Origin: Patescibacteria group bacterium
Lineage (GTDB): Bacteria > Patescibacteriota > Minisyncoccia > Phycocordibacterales > UBA9973
Length of the DNA stretch: 64,000 nt
NCBI GenBank assembly: GCA_040388575.1
Contig: JAZKBO010000002.1
Span: forward strand, 95,942-159,941
Reading direction: 5' to 3'
The notes beneath the pieces were generated by a model that was not told the origin of the DNA, searched no databases, and saw only the letters and a list, made by a program, of their open reading frames with translations. This document shows positions 1-9,848 of the stretch, in pieces; position 1 is the stretch's first letter; every line of letters begins with the position of its first letter. Made by a program: the position numbers and the translations under genes.

Positions 1-109
1 CTGCCAGTTTTCTAGGTAATAAAAAATTCGTAGCATAGCCGCCATTAACTTCCTTAACATCATATTTTCTACCAACTCGTGGTACATCTTTTAGGAATAT
101 TACTTTCAT
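1..109 (-). CDS. rplI: 50S ribosomal protein L9 (N-terminal part, runs off window)
   Basis: Hand translation from ATG at 109: [36 protein letters not shown], the L9 N-terminal signature. Not in the ORF track. Confidence 0.93.
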   Translation of the reverse strand, partial: MKVIFLKDVPRVGRKYDVKEVNGGYATNFLLPRKLA

Positions 110-124
110 AATTTATTTCAATTA

Positions 125-1354
125 TTATTTTATGCCTGGCCAATTTTTTAATAATTCAACAGCTTTGTCTAATTGTGGATCCTTCTTTTCATCGCCATCA
201 GCCTTGGTGAAGTCTACTGCGTAGTCAGGTGTTAAGCCTTTCTTAGATATTGAAGTACCGTTTGGAGTTAGCCATTTAGCTACCGTAATTTTAAGCAAAG
301 TGTCAGGTGTAATGTTTACTACTTCCTGCACGGAGCCCTTACCATAGCTTTGGGCGCCTACAAGTAACGCTTGCTTGTGGTCTTGCATTGCACCGGCGAG
401 AATTTCGGAAGCGGAAGCAGAGCCACCATCCATCAAAATTACAAATTTCAATTTGCCCTTAAATATATCATAGCCCTTACTCCTAAATATATTTGGCTTT
501 TGTGCAGTGCCGTAGTCCTCTGTCACGATAACCTGCCCACTTGGTAGGAACCAGCTTGCCATATCAACAGCTGCGTTTAAGTAGCCACCTGGGTTACCCC
601 TCAAGTCCAGCACCAACTTGTCAGTATGGGCGTCAGCAAACTCTTTAATTGCATTTCTAAATAGTTGCGAGGAAGTAGCTGAAAAGCTGTAGAGTCTTAT
701 TACAAAAACTCCATCTTTACGCATTTCAGTATCAAGCGTCGGGATATTTATGGTGTCGCGCACAATCTTGACCACACGAGCCTCACTTTCACCTTCACGG
801 AAAATAGTTAAGGAAACGGTGGTGCCTTTTTCTCCTCGAATTAATTTAATCGCTTCATCTATCGTCATATTGTTGGTAATAGTGTCATCAATTTTCAGAA
901 TTTTATCACCTGGCTTCATTCCGGCCTTTTCCGCTGGCGAACCCTTAACTGGTGAAACTACAGTCAAAACTTTATCTTTAATGCCTACCTCCATACCAAT
1001 TCCCGTAAAGCTGCCGGCTATATCTGCTTCGAAGGATTTAGCCTCATCTGGCTTGAAAAATACACTATAAGGGTCATTCAAAGAGCCTAGAAGGCCTGAA
1101 ATTGCTCCATATACCCTATCCTGGTCAGTTACCTTATCGGCGCCAGGATACTTCTCATCAATCAAATTCCAGACTTTCCAGAAATTCGTTAGGTCAACTT
1201 GCTCGGCTTTACTGGCTGTATTACCGTTAAAAACTGCTGCAGCTTTGCTGATGGCTAGCTGATTACTGAAGCCGATATAAATACCCAGGAAGAAAAATCC
1301 TGCAACAAAAATAACCGCGATGATTTTACGTTTTGTTTTATAAAATTCCTTCAT
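125..1354 (-). CDS. ctpA: C-terminal processing protease, S41A family (PDZ plus peptidase)
   Basis: N-terminal TM, LNDPYS, PDZ (GIGM, GSPAEKAG), LDLRGNPGG, SASASEI, GKGSVQ catalytic motifs. Confidence 0.93.
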   Translation of the reverse strand: MKEFYKTKRKIIAVIFVAGFFFLGIYIGFSNQLAISKAAAVFNGNTASKAEQVDLTNFWKVWNLIDEKYPGADKVTDQDRVYGAISGLLGSLNDPYSVFFKPDEAKSFEADIAGSFTGIGMEVGIKDKVLTVVSPVKGSPAEKAGMKPGDKILKIDDTITNNMTIDEAIKLIRGEKGTTVSLTIFREGESEARVVKIVRDTINIPTLDTEMRKDGVFVIRLYSFSATSSQLFRNAIKEFADAHTDKLVLDLRGNPGGYLNAAVDMASWFLPSGQVIVTEDYGTAQKPNIFRSKGYDIFKGKLKFVILMDGGSASASEILAGAMQDHKQALLVGAQSYGKGSVQEVVNITPDTLLKITVAKWLTPNGTSISKKGLTPDYAVDFTKADGDEKKDPQLDKAVELLKNWPGIK

Positions 1355-1359
1355 ACTAA

Positions 1360-1587
1360 TTATGCGCTATCTGAAACTGCACCCCCGAAGTCTCTATTTT
1401 CAGAAAAATTATCAAACTGCTTTTTACCTTCCTTCATTTTATGTTCCTTGTATAATACGAAAGCTACATAAATAACAGCTATGCCAGAAAGTGAAAGAAG
1501 AATATTTTTCCAGAAGTATGGAAAGCCAAGATATGGCAATAATGCGACCCACACACCTAGTGCTAAAAGCACTCTTATTTTACGCAT
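1360..1587 (-). CDS. Small 2-TM membrane protein, hypothetical
   Basis: 75 aa, two hydrophobic helices; TATACT 6 nt upstream of ATG; 5 nt gap to ctpA. Confidence 0.75.
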   Translation of the reverse strand: MRKIRVLLALGVWVALLPYLGFPYFWKNILLSLSGIAVIYVAFVLYKEHKMKEGKKQFDNFSENRDFGGAVSDSA

Positions 1588-1610
1588 GAATACAGTATAT
1601 CAAATGCCTC

Positions 1611-2654
1611 CTAGTATGCAACGATGACGCTGGCAGAGAGGTTGTCAGTCGGAACTTCAACATCAGGATGAAGCAACTTAACATTGGTATAAAATAGAAA
1701 GACGATTACAGCAATAAGCGCTACCCCACGAGCGATGACTGCAGGATGCTGAATTTCAGACTTTATGAAAATTGCCATAAGTAAAGCAAGAATAATTATT
1801 ATACCCACAAGCTCATAGGCATAATTTATGGATGTAAGCGGTGAGGTTATGATTTTTTGCATTAATTGTTTTATTCTCGATTGGTTAGAAGCTTTTTCTG
1901 CAACTGCGCTTGGAGTAGGACTGCTTTGCTCACCTAGTACTTGGAGTGGTGCCCTAGTAGGTGTTTGATTTTGAGTTAATGTGGTTGTTGGCCTTGGAGT
2001 AGGTTTGGGAGCGGGTTTAGGTGCTGGAGTTGTTGGAGTAGGTGTAGCTGTCGTGGGCGCAGGGGTAGGCTTAGGAATTACCCTTAATGGAGTGCCGAAA
2101 AATTGTGCAACGAAGATAGTATCGCGGCCCTTATATGTACCGTTGGCCACGCCTATGCCAATTTCCGTAAAGCCATCCTTGAGTATATTGGCTCGGTGGG
2201 TTGGCGAATTCATCCATGCCTGGTCCACATCACCTGACTCATAAAAATTAACTGCAAGGTTCTCTCCGGCCATAGTGTAGTTATAGCCCACGACATCCAG
2301 CCAGTGCCAAGGAGTTATGCCAGCCGGGCTTGTGTGAGCGAAGTAGCCGAGGGTTGCCATATCATGAGCTTTTAACTCTGCAGCTTTCTGTAATAAATCA
2401 TTATGCTTGAGCGGCGGCAGGTTGTTAGCCTCACGATCATCATTGGCGAGTGAAGTGAGTACACCCGGCAACACAGCAGCGAGGAATTTAGTTTTATCAA
2501 AAACGATAAATACTTGAGCCAGAAATCCTAACTCAACAATAATAACTACGAGGAAGACTGCCAGCATGGATTCGTGTCGGAGAAAATGAGGTTTATATTC
2601 GTTACCTTCGTGCGGGATGAAGTATTTTTGTAGCCACTTGAATACTCGTTTCAT
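1611..2654 (-). CDS. CAP (SCP/YkwD-like) domain membrane protein with Pro/Thr linker
   Basis: YFAHTSP, GENLA, WMNSPTHRANIL, EIGIG motifs; N-terminal TM and two C-terminal TMs. Confidence 0.9.
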   Translation of the reverse strand: MKRVFKWLQKYFIPHEGNEYKPHFLRHESMLAVFLVVIIVELGFLAQVFIVFDKTKFLAAVLPGVLTSLANDDREANNLPPLKHNDLLQKAAELKAHDMATLGYFAHTSPAGITPWHWLDVVGYNYTMAGENLAVNFYESGDVDQAWMNSPTHRANILKDGFTEIGIGVANGTYKGRDTIFVAQFFGTPLRVIPKPTPAPTTATPTPTTPAPKPAPKPTPRPTTTLTQNQTPTRAPLQVLGEQSSPTPSAVAEKASNQSRIKQLMQKIITSPLTSINYAYELVGIIIILALLMAIFIKSEIQHPAVIARGVALIAVIVFLFYTNVKLLHPDVEVPTDNLSASVIVAY

Positions 2655-2728
2655 TGCTTTAATTATACACTACTTACCACATAATGTCAATTATGGAAAA
2701 GCTTAAATATTATGGCCATATTATAACA

Positions 2729-3328
2729 CTATTTGGAGGAAAGTACCGCAGTAACCACTAGCCTTTTATCGTGAGTTTTATATTGCGAAACCCAGCTTCC
2801 AGTACAGGTAATGAGCCGCAAAAGCTTGGCATCTTTTTCTTTGAAAACATTCGTACCTTTATCATTAAAGTCATAAGTATCTACCGCACTGACTATGAAA
2901 TGCAGCCTCTCCCCTCCTACTGTCGCCACGTACACATCATCACCAATACTCAAATCTTTTAAATTAGAAAATACACCTGGTAACGACAAACCATTGTCCA
3001 CGTGTCCAGCCATAACTGCGCTACCTAGTTGCCCTGGTAAAATCCCATATCTATACCAACCTACATCAGAGTAGTTAGTGGGTGTGCCCATATTTCCCCT
3101 ACTGGTAATTCCTACGTCAGTAATTTTGGCTTGCACATTAATCTTGGGGATCGAGAGCGTAACTGGATATAGAGCAGAGTCCTTGTTCGCGAGAGCTTCA
3201 TCAGTTACTCCAGGAGGTAGTGGAATTTCATCAGTGGCCGCATAGAAAACGGCTCGGTATAAAGTAATACAGAATATCACTGCCGCCAGGACTGTAATTA
3301 ATATTACAAGTTCTCTTTTATACTTCAT
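2729..3328 (-). CDS. Class F sortase
   Basis: N-terminal TM; VGWY, PGxxGSAVMAGHVD, LRLITC, RLVV (His/Cys/Arg triad). Confidence 0.92.
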   Translation of the reverse strand: MKYKRELVILITVLAAVIFCITLYRAVFYAATDEIPLPPGVTDEALANKDSALYPVTLSIPKINVQAKITDVGITSRGNMGTPTNYSDVGWYRYGILPGQLGSAVMAGHVDNGLSLPGVFSNLKDLSIGDDVYVATVGGERLHFIVSAVDTYDFNDKGTNVFKEKDAKLLRLITCTGSWVSQYKTHDKRLVVTAVLSSK

Positions 3329-3339
3329 GGTCCTCTTTT

Positions 3340-5802
3340 CTAGGAGTTTTTCTTACGAAGTAGGTATGTAGATCCAAGTAGTGTGATAAGTCCCGATAGT
3401 GCAAGTACAAGTATGTTCATTGCTACGTCGCCGCTGCCGGTGCGAGGTAAGCCAACTTCAGCACCGAGGACTTCTCCAGCTGGTGCAGCTGCTAGCTGTC
3501 CGCCGCCGACACCCTGCACATCTGAATCACCTAACACATCTCCATTATTGTTGTTACTTGATCCACCATGATGACCTCCGCCGCCTCCACCACCACCATT
3601 GCCGTTGTCGGTAGTATCTTCAGTTAATATATTACTTATTACACACTTTTCATTCCAAACTATAATATATTGATCAGACGTAATATTTGTAAGTGCTGGA
3701 GCAGTATTAGTTTGAGATGCAGCTTCTGCAAATGCTTGAGTTGCGCCTGTGCTATAGCCAACTAATCGGAACTTACCTTCTACACATGTACCTCCGATAG
3801 GGAGAACATTACTCGTATTGTCTGTGATCTCGCTCGTAGTGTAGGCAGATCCGGTGGCCATGGCAGCAGTATCAGCGCCATATAAGTCTGCAGCGCCGCC
3901 GAAATTTTCACCAAGGGTGTATGTACCTGTACCTTGTACACCGCCTCCTATATTGGAAGCAGTCCAAGTAGCTGTCATTGGGAAATCATATCCGCTTGCT
4001 GAAGTATCAGTAGCCAATGATCCATCTAGATATTTAAGAACATGAATTTTTACGGTTTCATCACCAAGGACTTGTCCGCAAAGTTTATTTACAACTATTA
4101 TGAATTTATTTGAAGTAATATTTGTCAGGCTAGCAGTGGAAACTGTAGCAGAGGCTAGTGCCAAAGCCTCAGTATCCCCGATTTTATAACCCTCTACCAT
4201 ATATTGGCCTTGATTATTGGCAGTGCATGATGTAGCTACATTATTTTCTGAAGTACTGTAATTAGATCCGGAAGGCATTAGCGCAGTAGTAGCTTCATAT
4301 GCATCTGGATTATTAAATCCTGTTGATCCCAGGTTGAAGTCGCCTTCACCTCCTGGATACACAGCATGCATAGAGAATGTGGCATTGGTGGTATTTACTG
4401 TGGAGGCATGACTAAGCCCGTTAGCGTCGATGAATTTTTCAATTGTTACAGTAACGTCTGCCGGTGGCGGAGTTACACATTCGTTGTTATTGATTGAGAG
4501 TTTGTATAGCAATCCTGCAGGGTTACTAGATGCATCTTGCGGGAAATCAGCGTGGCCGGCACCATGTACCCAGTTGGTTGCTGTGATTTCTATCGTGTTG
4601 GATCCTGTGTGTAACTGCGGAAGTACATTATATGTTTGCTGAGCAGCAAAAGTATTTCCGTTCACTGTTTCGGAGCCAACTGTAATTCCATTAACTTTCG
4701 CAACATAGGTATTATCAGCAGCTATTTCCAGCGATCCACTTGTAGGGGTACCAACAATGTTGAATGTTTTTGTAAACACCTTGGTAAGGTCATTGCCATC
4801 TGGAAATTGTACTGGGTTAGTTGCCCAGATCCATAATGCAGACGGGATGCTTGCAGTCCAGGCTGGATGAATAAATGAAAGTAGCGCAGCATTGTGGCTA
4901 TCAACCTGGGTGCTAGCGTCACTCATAATTGTGCTCGAAGCATTTATATTACAACCTCCGCCTTCATCCGGAATGCACTCTTCACCCACTAAATGAGTTC
5001 CAGCTGGACACTGTGTAGGTGGAGGTGTGCACATATTACCTTGATTGAAAACATCTCCGTAGTATAAAGTAAAACCTTCAGGGAATGGAACGTTCCAATT
5101 TAGAACTCCGTCTTTGTAGAGGTCAATTTGATATGAACAATTAGGAACATTTATCTGGAAAGTAAGTGAACTACATGGAGGAATAGTTAGTGTTTGGTGG
5201 TCGAAAAGTGTCTGAGTAGTCAGCCATGTGCCATGAGGGTCAAAGTTGGGATCATTAGGAGTATAAGGAGAATATGTTTGATACGATCCAAATGTCACTG
5301 TGATAGCGGCATCTCCCCCATTATGAAATTCTGCATTTGCAGTGCCGTCACCTCCTGTGCCATTGTCCGTAACTGAGCCTCCCGTGCCAGAGATATCACA
5401 TCCCAATGGTCCTGGAGGTGTACATTGATTTAAATTAGTTTGAATTCCTGCAATATCGGGACAGACATCATCACTATTACATGGACCTGATGGCTGTACT
5501 CCTGGATCAGTATCTTCATTTGGGCACGCATCTACTACTTGAGTAATAGGTGCATTGTCTACACACCAGCCATCCTTATCTTCTATCTCACCGCCTGTAT
5601 AAAGAAAATCTCCATGTCCTAGGTGGGCATCGAGTGAAGGTCCTGCGGGAGTATCCATGTATTGCCAGCTTGGCCCAGTTTTGTGGCAGATACTTATTTT
5701 ATTGTTACTATCATTTTCTGCCTGGGCAACTAATGCCATTGTTGTCACTATTATTGCGAACATGACCACTGGCGCTATAAACTTAAATACAATTTTTTTC
5801 AT
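3340..5802 (-). CDS. Large secreted surface protein with LPRTG sorting signal (lectin-like jelly-roll plus two tandem repeats)
   Basis: More plausible start is MKKIVFKF at 5802 (signal peptide) rather than 5913. C-terminal LPRTG-TM-RKK; lies directly upstream of the sortase. Confidence 0.85.
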   Translation of the reverse strand: MKKIVFKFIAPVVMFAIIVTTMALVAQAENDSNNKISICHKTGPSWQYMDTPAGPSLDAHLGHGDFLYTGGEIEDKDGWCVDNAPITQVVDACPNEDTDPGVQPSGPCNSDDVCPDIAGIQTNLNQCTPPGPLGCDISGTGGSVTDNGTGGDGTANAEFHNGGDAAITVTFGSYQTYSPYTPNDPNFDPHGTWLTTQTLFDHQTLTIPPCSSLTFQINVPNCSYQIDLYKDGVLNWNVPFPEGFTLYYGDVFNQGNMCTPPPTQCPAGTHLVGEECIPDEGGGCNINASSTIMSDASTQVDSHNAALLSFIHPAWTASIPSALWIWATNPVQFPDGNDLTKVFTKTFNIVGTPTSGSLEIAADNTYVAKVNGITVGSETVNGNTFAAQQTYNVLPQLHTGSNTIEITATNWVHGAGHADFPQDASSNPAGLLYKLSINNNECVTPPPADVTVTIEKFIDANGLSHASTVNTTNATFSMHAVYPGGEGDFNLGSTGFNNPDAYEATTALMPSGSNYSTSENNVATSCTANNQGQYMVEGYKIGDTEALALASATVSTASLTNITSNKFIIVVNKLCGQVLGDETVKIHVLKYLDGSLATDTSASGYDFPMTATWTASNIGGGVQGTGTYTLGENFGGAADLYGADTAAMATGSAYTTSEITDNTSNVLPIGGTCVEGKFRLVGYSTGATQAFAEAASQTNTAPALTNITSDQYIIVWNEKCVISNILTEDTTDNGNGGGGGGGGHHGGSSNNNNGDVLGDSDVQGVGGGQLAAAPAGEVLGAEVGLPRTGSGDVAMNILVLALSGLITLLGSTYLLRKKNS

Positions 5803-5925
5803 AAAATAACTTACGTTAATTATTAATAATTTTTTAAAAATAGACAACGAACTTACACCTACAGAGTACCACATAAACCATAGAACATCAAAAAGGTAGT
5901 TTTTCCACAACAAAGCACCTTCACA

Positions 5926-5954
5926 TAAGACGTGTGAAGTAAAATTAAATTACA
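5926..5954 (-). promoter_or_regulatory. Putative ECF sigma promoter (TGTAAT-N16-CGTCTTA)
   Basis: Same bipartite motif and 16-nt spacer as at 8725-8753 and 11494-11522. Confidence 0.6.
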
Positions 5955-5965
5955 ACGGTTTAACC

Positions 5966-6304
5966 CTAGAAAGTAAAGTAATGAGCCAAACTACCCACTA
6001 CTGGCAGCTCCTTTTCATTGCCCCCTACTACATTGATTATCCCAATAATTGCTAGGACTAAAAGACAAAGGTGAATGAGGTTAAATAATGGCAACATAGC
6101 CCATAAAAACATGCCACTAAAGAGCACTGAAATAATAACTTCGATACAGAATAATACTAAGCCCTGTTTGGCATGAAATTTAACAAAGGGGTCATCCTTC
6201 TTTACTAAAAGTGAAATAATTACTAGTGGCCCAAGATAAGATAAAATTCCAAATATCGTCCTATCCCCTCCTTTAACAACTGGTGCATTATTTTGTGGAT
6301 CCAT
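5966..6304 (-). CDS. DUF4870-like small membrane protein
   Basis: LSYL, FVKFHAKQG and LPVVG pattern; 3 TMs. Confidence 0.85.
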   Translation of the reverse strand: MDPQNNAPVVKGGDRTIFGILSYLGPLVIISLLVKKDDPFVKFHAKQGLVLFCIEVIISVLFSGMFLWAMLPLFNLIHLCLLVLAIIGIINVVGGNEKELPVVGSLAHYFTF

Positions 6305-6350
6305 AATTTATAATTATGATTAATAATATTATCGATAATTATAGCAAAAA

Positions 6351-6381
6351 AACAAAAAACCGCAATTTGCGGCTTTTTGTT
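6351..6381. terminator. Intrinsic terminator (bidirectional-type) downstream of matrixin gene
   Basis: A-run, CCGC-AATTT-GCGG stem, T-run. Confidence 0.7.
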
Positions 6382-6397
6382 AGATAACACTTTATAC

Positions 6398-7210
6398 TTA
6401 GTAAAGTTTGCTTATACCTGCAATGTCTCCGGCGTTTAAGTCCCTCTTTTTAGTTTCACCATTTGCTCCATAAGCGTACATAGTCTCATCCACACATGTG
6501 CTTGCTGGGTGGTCCATACCTACTGCGTGGCCTACTTCATGAGTAGAAATGTTTTCGAAGTCCATTTTAGTTGACTCACCTGTTAGTGACCACTGGAAGT
6601 TGGTATTGAACACTTGATCCCACTCCACTATTACTTGGTTTTGTACAGGACCTGAAAATATACCCCAAACGATAGTAACCGCAATGGTATTAGCATCAGC
6701 TATAGGACCGAAGTAAACCTCGTTTAGTCCATCGGTAGTTGTGTTGTCAGCTACTAGAGTGTTCGATGTTATTGCACCATTACCCATAATGTTGAAGTGA
6801 GATGCATCTTCCCATTTTTGAATATCATTCGCCTCAGTATTAAATAGAGTATTAGTATCAAGGCCGAAAGAATTAGTAGGGTTCATAACCCACCCTTCTG
6901 CTGTTCCTTTCCACTTAGCACCACCACCTGCACCCATGAATGCATAACAAGTACTAGGACCTGGCTTTTTAGAATTTACTGAAGCACTTGCACTTTTAGC
7001 TGGATCTTTTTTATGAACAAAGGCATAGCCCTCTACCATGGAGTCACTTTGCTTATCATAAGTTGTTCCTAAACTGAAAACATCCTGCGCTACTTGTGAA
7101 GCATTAGCAGGCAATTCAAAATCTTTATGCGAATTATTTGGCGCAGCCATCACTGGACTTGCCACAAAGACTATTGATAAGAAAACTGCAAACAAAGATT
7201 TTTTACTCAT
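6398..7210 (-). CDS. Secreted matrixin-family (M10/metzincin) metalloprotease
   Basis: Signal peptide; HEVGHAVGMDH zinc motif; Met-turn TMY; DIAGISKLY. Confidence 0.9.
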   Translation of the reverse strand: MSKKSLFAVFLSIVFVASPVMAAPNNSHKDFELPANASQVAQDVFSLGTTYDKQSDSMVEGYAFVHKKDPAKSASASVNSKKPGPSTCYAFMGAGGGAKWKGTAEGWVMNPTNSFGLDTNTLFNTEANDIQKWEDASHFNIMGNGAITSNTLVADNTTTDGLNEVYFGPIADANTIAVTIVWGIFSGPVQNQVIVEWDQVFNTNFQWSLTGESTKMDFENISTHEVGHAVGMDHPASTCVDETMYAYGANGETKKRDLNAGDIAGISKLY

Positions 7211-7290
7211 AGATATTATTATATTTAATTTATTAATAATAGTAAACTTCTTATCATTATATACTATATTTAGATAAAAGTCAAGAGTAA

Positions 7291-7319
7291 CAAAAAAGCC
7301 CCATTTTGGGGCCTTTTTG
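7291..7319. terminator. Intrinsic terminator
   Basis: A6-GCCCCA-TTT-TGGGGC-CTTTTT. Confidence 0.8.
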
Positions 7320-7340
7320 CGGTCGTCCTATATTTAGTTT

Positions 7341-8624
7341 TTAGTGTTTACCTGCGTGTGGATTTGCTTGAACGTAGCTCACACACTGACCCTGATTCTT
7401 AAATGTTGGGCTGGTGAATGACTTCCATCCATCTGCCCTACATTGATCCTTGTCAGTTGGTGCACCTGATGTGGTATCAGCTGCAAAGTTCGCGGTAACA
7501 GATATGTTCGCTTGAACATTAGTATCTGTTCTTGGATTTGCAGTTGAGGCGTCAGACCAATTAACGAAGTGATAACCTGCATTACCTACTGCAGTTACAG
7601 CTGTACCATTAGCACCTTGGTTTACAGTTTGTGGGGATGTGCCGGAAATAGTTCCGTTGGCACCAGCGGTGTAAGTCAAGGTGTATTGGGTGACAGTATT
7701 AGGAGAGGTAGTGAAATTCAATTCCGCACCTGGATACCATGTACCCCCTACATTGGACCATGCTACAAAGTAGTAAGTCGTGTTTGGAGTAACTGCAGGC
7801 ATATTACTTGGAACTCCGCTTGTCGTAAGTGAAGATAGCAAAGCAGAGAAAGCAGTATTTCCAGCTATAGCACCCATGTCAGGAGTTGAGTAAACTCCAG
7901 CTGGGATACTTGGACTAGCAGTACTGAACGGACTTGTGGAAACCCAGAATGAGTGACCGACAGCTGCATTAGGCCCATTGGTACCATTTAGTGTTGCATC
8001 AGTTGAAGTTATGCCAGTTGCGGGATTAGTTGTAACATTGTCAGCAACTACACTTCCTAAATGAATGTTGCTCACTGTCCATGAGCCCGCATCATCAGCA
8101 ATAATAAACGGTACATCGGTACTGACTTTATATGTTGGAAAAGCTGCAACGAATGCTGCCCAGCCAGTATAACCACCAACGTCTCCACCTGTGATGAATA
8201 TTTTACAGTTAGGGTCATTGATAGGATCTACAAGATTACTTCCGCTAGTGCAGAGATTTGCGCCAATGAATGCATAAACATCAGTCGTACCATTTGCATC
8301 AGTGTCTATTGGAAGACTGATTCTTGGTGAGCCAGCCGTAGGGGTGCCAGTATAAGTAAACGAGAGCTGATCTGTACCCACTTGAGCAAGAGTCTTGCCG
8401 GTTAGAGTACTTGTAGGCGTATAAACTCCAGAGTAAGAGCCATCAGGGTCCCCACCAGAATTATCTAGTGTGGCAGTGCCTGCAGCTATTGAACAATTAC
8501 CGCCGTAGATGGTAACGTCAGAAACTCCACTAAAACATGTTAATGGATTTGGCGCAGCGTTGACTGAAAATGCAAAGCCTAAAGCGATAAGGGTAGCTAT
8601 TGATAATAGAGTTAATTTTTTCAT
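7341..8624 (-). CDS. Secreted protein: FN3-like domain, InlB B-repeat-like domain, C-terminal CxxxGW..FKNQGQCVS module
   Basis: Signal peptide; YTLTYTAGANGTISG...GYHFVNWSD repeat signature; TTNPATGIT..ATLNG FN3-like segment. Confidence 0.8.
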   Translation of the reverse strand: MKKLTLLSIATLIALGFAFSVNAAPNPLTCFSGVSDVTIYGGNCSIAAGTATLDNSGGDPDGSYSGVYTPTSTLTGKTLAQVGTDQLSFTYTGTPTAGSPRISLPIDTDANGTTDVYAFIGANLCTSGSNLVDPINDPNCKIFITGGDVGGYTGWAAFVAAFPTYKVSTDVPFIIADDAGSWTVSNIHLGSVVADNVTTNPATGITSTDATLNGTNGPNAAVGHSFWVSTSPFSTASPSIPAGVYSTPDMGAIAGNTAFSALLSSLTTSGVPSNMPAVTPNTTYYFVAWSNVGGTWYPGAELNFTTSPNTVTQYTLTYTAGANGTISGTSPQTVNQGANGTAVTAVGNAGYHFVNWSDASTANPRTDTNVQANISVTANFAADTTSGAPTDKDQCRADGWKSFTSPTFKNQGQCVSYVQANPHAGKH

Positions 8625-8724
8625 AATATTTTTCTTGATTAAGTTAATAATTAATAATGATAAATTTTAATAATGTCATTTAAGATCTGTAAGCCAAACA
8701 ATCGCCATAATTGGCCTCATAAAC

Positions 8725-8753
8725 TAAGACGAAATTAAGGCGGTATTATTGCA
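8725..8753 (-). promoter_or_regulatory. Putative ECF sigma promoter (TGCAAT-N16-CGTCTTA)
   Basis: Repeat of the motif with an identical spacer length. Confidence 0.6.
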
Positions 8754-8801
8754 GAACTAGGCATTGTCAGTTAGAAATTTATGTAGTATAATCTGTTTTT
8801 T

Positions 8802-9200
8802 ATGGAGCTAATTGATAAAAAATCCTGGTATAAGAAAAAAAGGTATATTATTCCTGTAATTGCCCTAAGTTTAATACTTTTTTTTGGGTCAAATAATGGT
8901 TCAAGTCCTCAAGTAAAATCTGAGTCTATACCTATTCCATCTTATGGCAGTAATGTTCCATTATATGAATCTACTAATACTGTAAATTTAAATACAAATT
9001 CGTTTTCACCTACTCCATCAAGTGCTCTTTCAAATGATAATTACTACACAAACGTAAATGGTAATTCAGTTCACTCACCTGCATATTCTAATTCCGTACC
9101 ACAAGGAGCATCAGCTCGGTGCGGAGACGGCACATACAGCTATAGTCAACATCGAAGTGGAACATGTTCACATCACGGCGGCGTTTCCGAGTGGTTATAA
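8802..9200 (+). CDS. DUF3761 domain membrane-anchored protein
   Basis: GASARCGDGTYSYSQHRSGTCSHHGGV C-terminal signature; N-terminal TM. Confidence 0.9.
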   Translation: MELIDKKSWYKKKRYIIPVIALSLILFFGSNNGSSPQVKSESIPIPSYGSNVPLYESTNTVNLNTNSFSPTPSSALSNDNYYTNVNGNSVHSPAYSNSVPQGASARCGDGTYSYSQHRSGTCSHHGGVSEWL

Positions 9201-9274
9201 TGTCATGAGGAATTAACCAACTAATGCTCCGATACCAACAATAAACAAGATATAACCTAAAAAGTTTTTCATAT

Positions 9275-9448
9275 TTATTCAGATTTATCTTTTTTAATCA
9301 AGTTAATGATTTCAATCTGCTTTCCTAAAATAAAAGCAAGAATTAACATCACGAGTCCTTCAAAACCTCTATTATCTCCAATAATAAAATACGAAAGAAT
9401 TAAAACTATTATTGTCCAAACCCATGGATTCTCATTCCAATTTTTCAT
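9275..9448 (-). CDS. 57-aa 2-TM hypothetical protein
   Basis: Hand translation MKNWNENPWVWTIIVLILSYFIIG...KKDKSE; ATGA overlap with the upstream ORF; below the ORF-track cutoff. Confidence 0.6.
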   Translation of the reverse strand: MKNWNENPWVWTIIVLILSYFIIGDNRGFEGLVMLILAFILGKQIEIINLIKKDKSE

Positions 9449-9834
9449 ATAATTTTACTCAAAAAATCCTTACCTAATAAATATTTAAAACGTTTGTTAA
9501 TCTCATTTATTTGAACTAACTTTTCATTTATTTGGGATAAAATATATTCTTTATTTGATTTTCTTAGATTAATTACATCATTTATTATGATTAAATAATC
9601 ATACCAATCAGACTTAATTTGTTCTGACCATGTATTATCATGTTTAAATCTCTCCTTAAGTCTAATAAAATTTTGCCTACCGCTGTTAAACAATAGCTCT
9701 TCTTCGACTACTTCAACTCCAGTTAGCTTTTTCGAAATAAAAACCTCCATAATTATTATCTTTTTGTTGTTTTTTCCTAAAAGTAAATTTTTTAGTTTCA
9801 GGATTATTCCATTATAAATTGATAGTTTTTCCAT
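9445..9834 (-). CDS. Hypothetical protein (very AT-rich)
   Basis: 129-aa ORF, co-oriented and closely spaced with its neighbours. Confidence 0.55.
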   Translation of the reverse strand: MEKLSIYNGIILKLKNLLLGKNNKKIIIMEVFISKKLTGVEVVEEELLFNSGRQNFIRLKERFKHDNTWSEQIKSDWYDYLIIINDVINLRKSNKEYILSQINEKLVQINEINKRFKYLLGKDFLSKII

Positions 9835-9848
9835 AATTATTATTGTTA

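Noticed and set aside
1960-2075. Repeat array in Pro/Thr-coding DNA (also 57545-57645, 3545-3605)
   Set aside because: These are low-complexity protein linkers with mixed codons, not a CRISPR array or VNTR.
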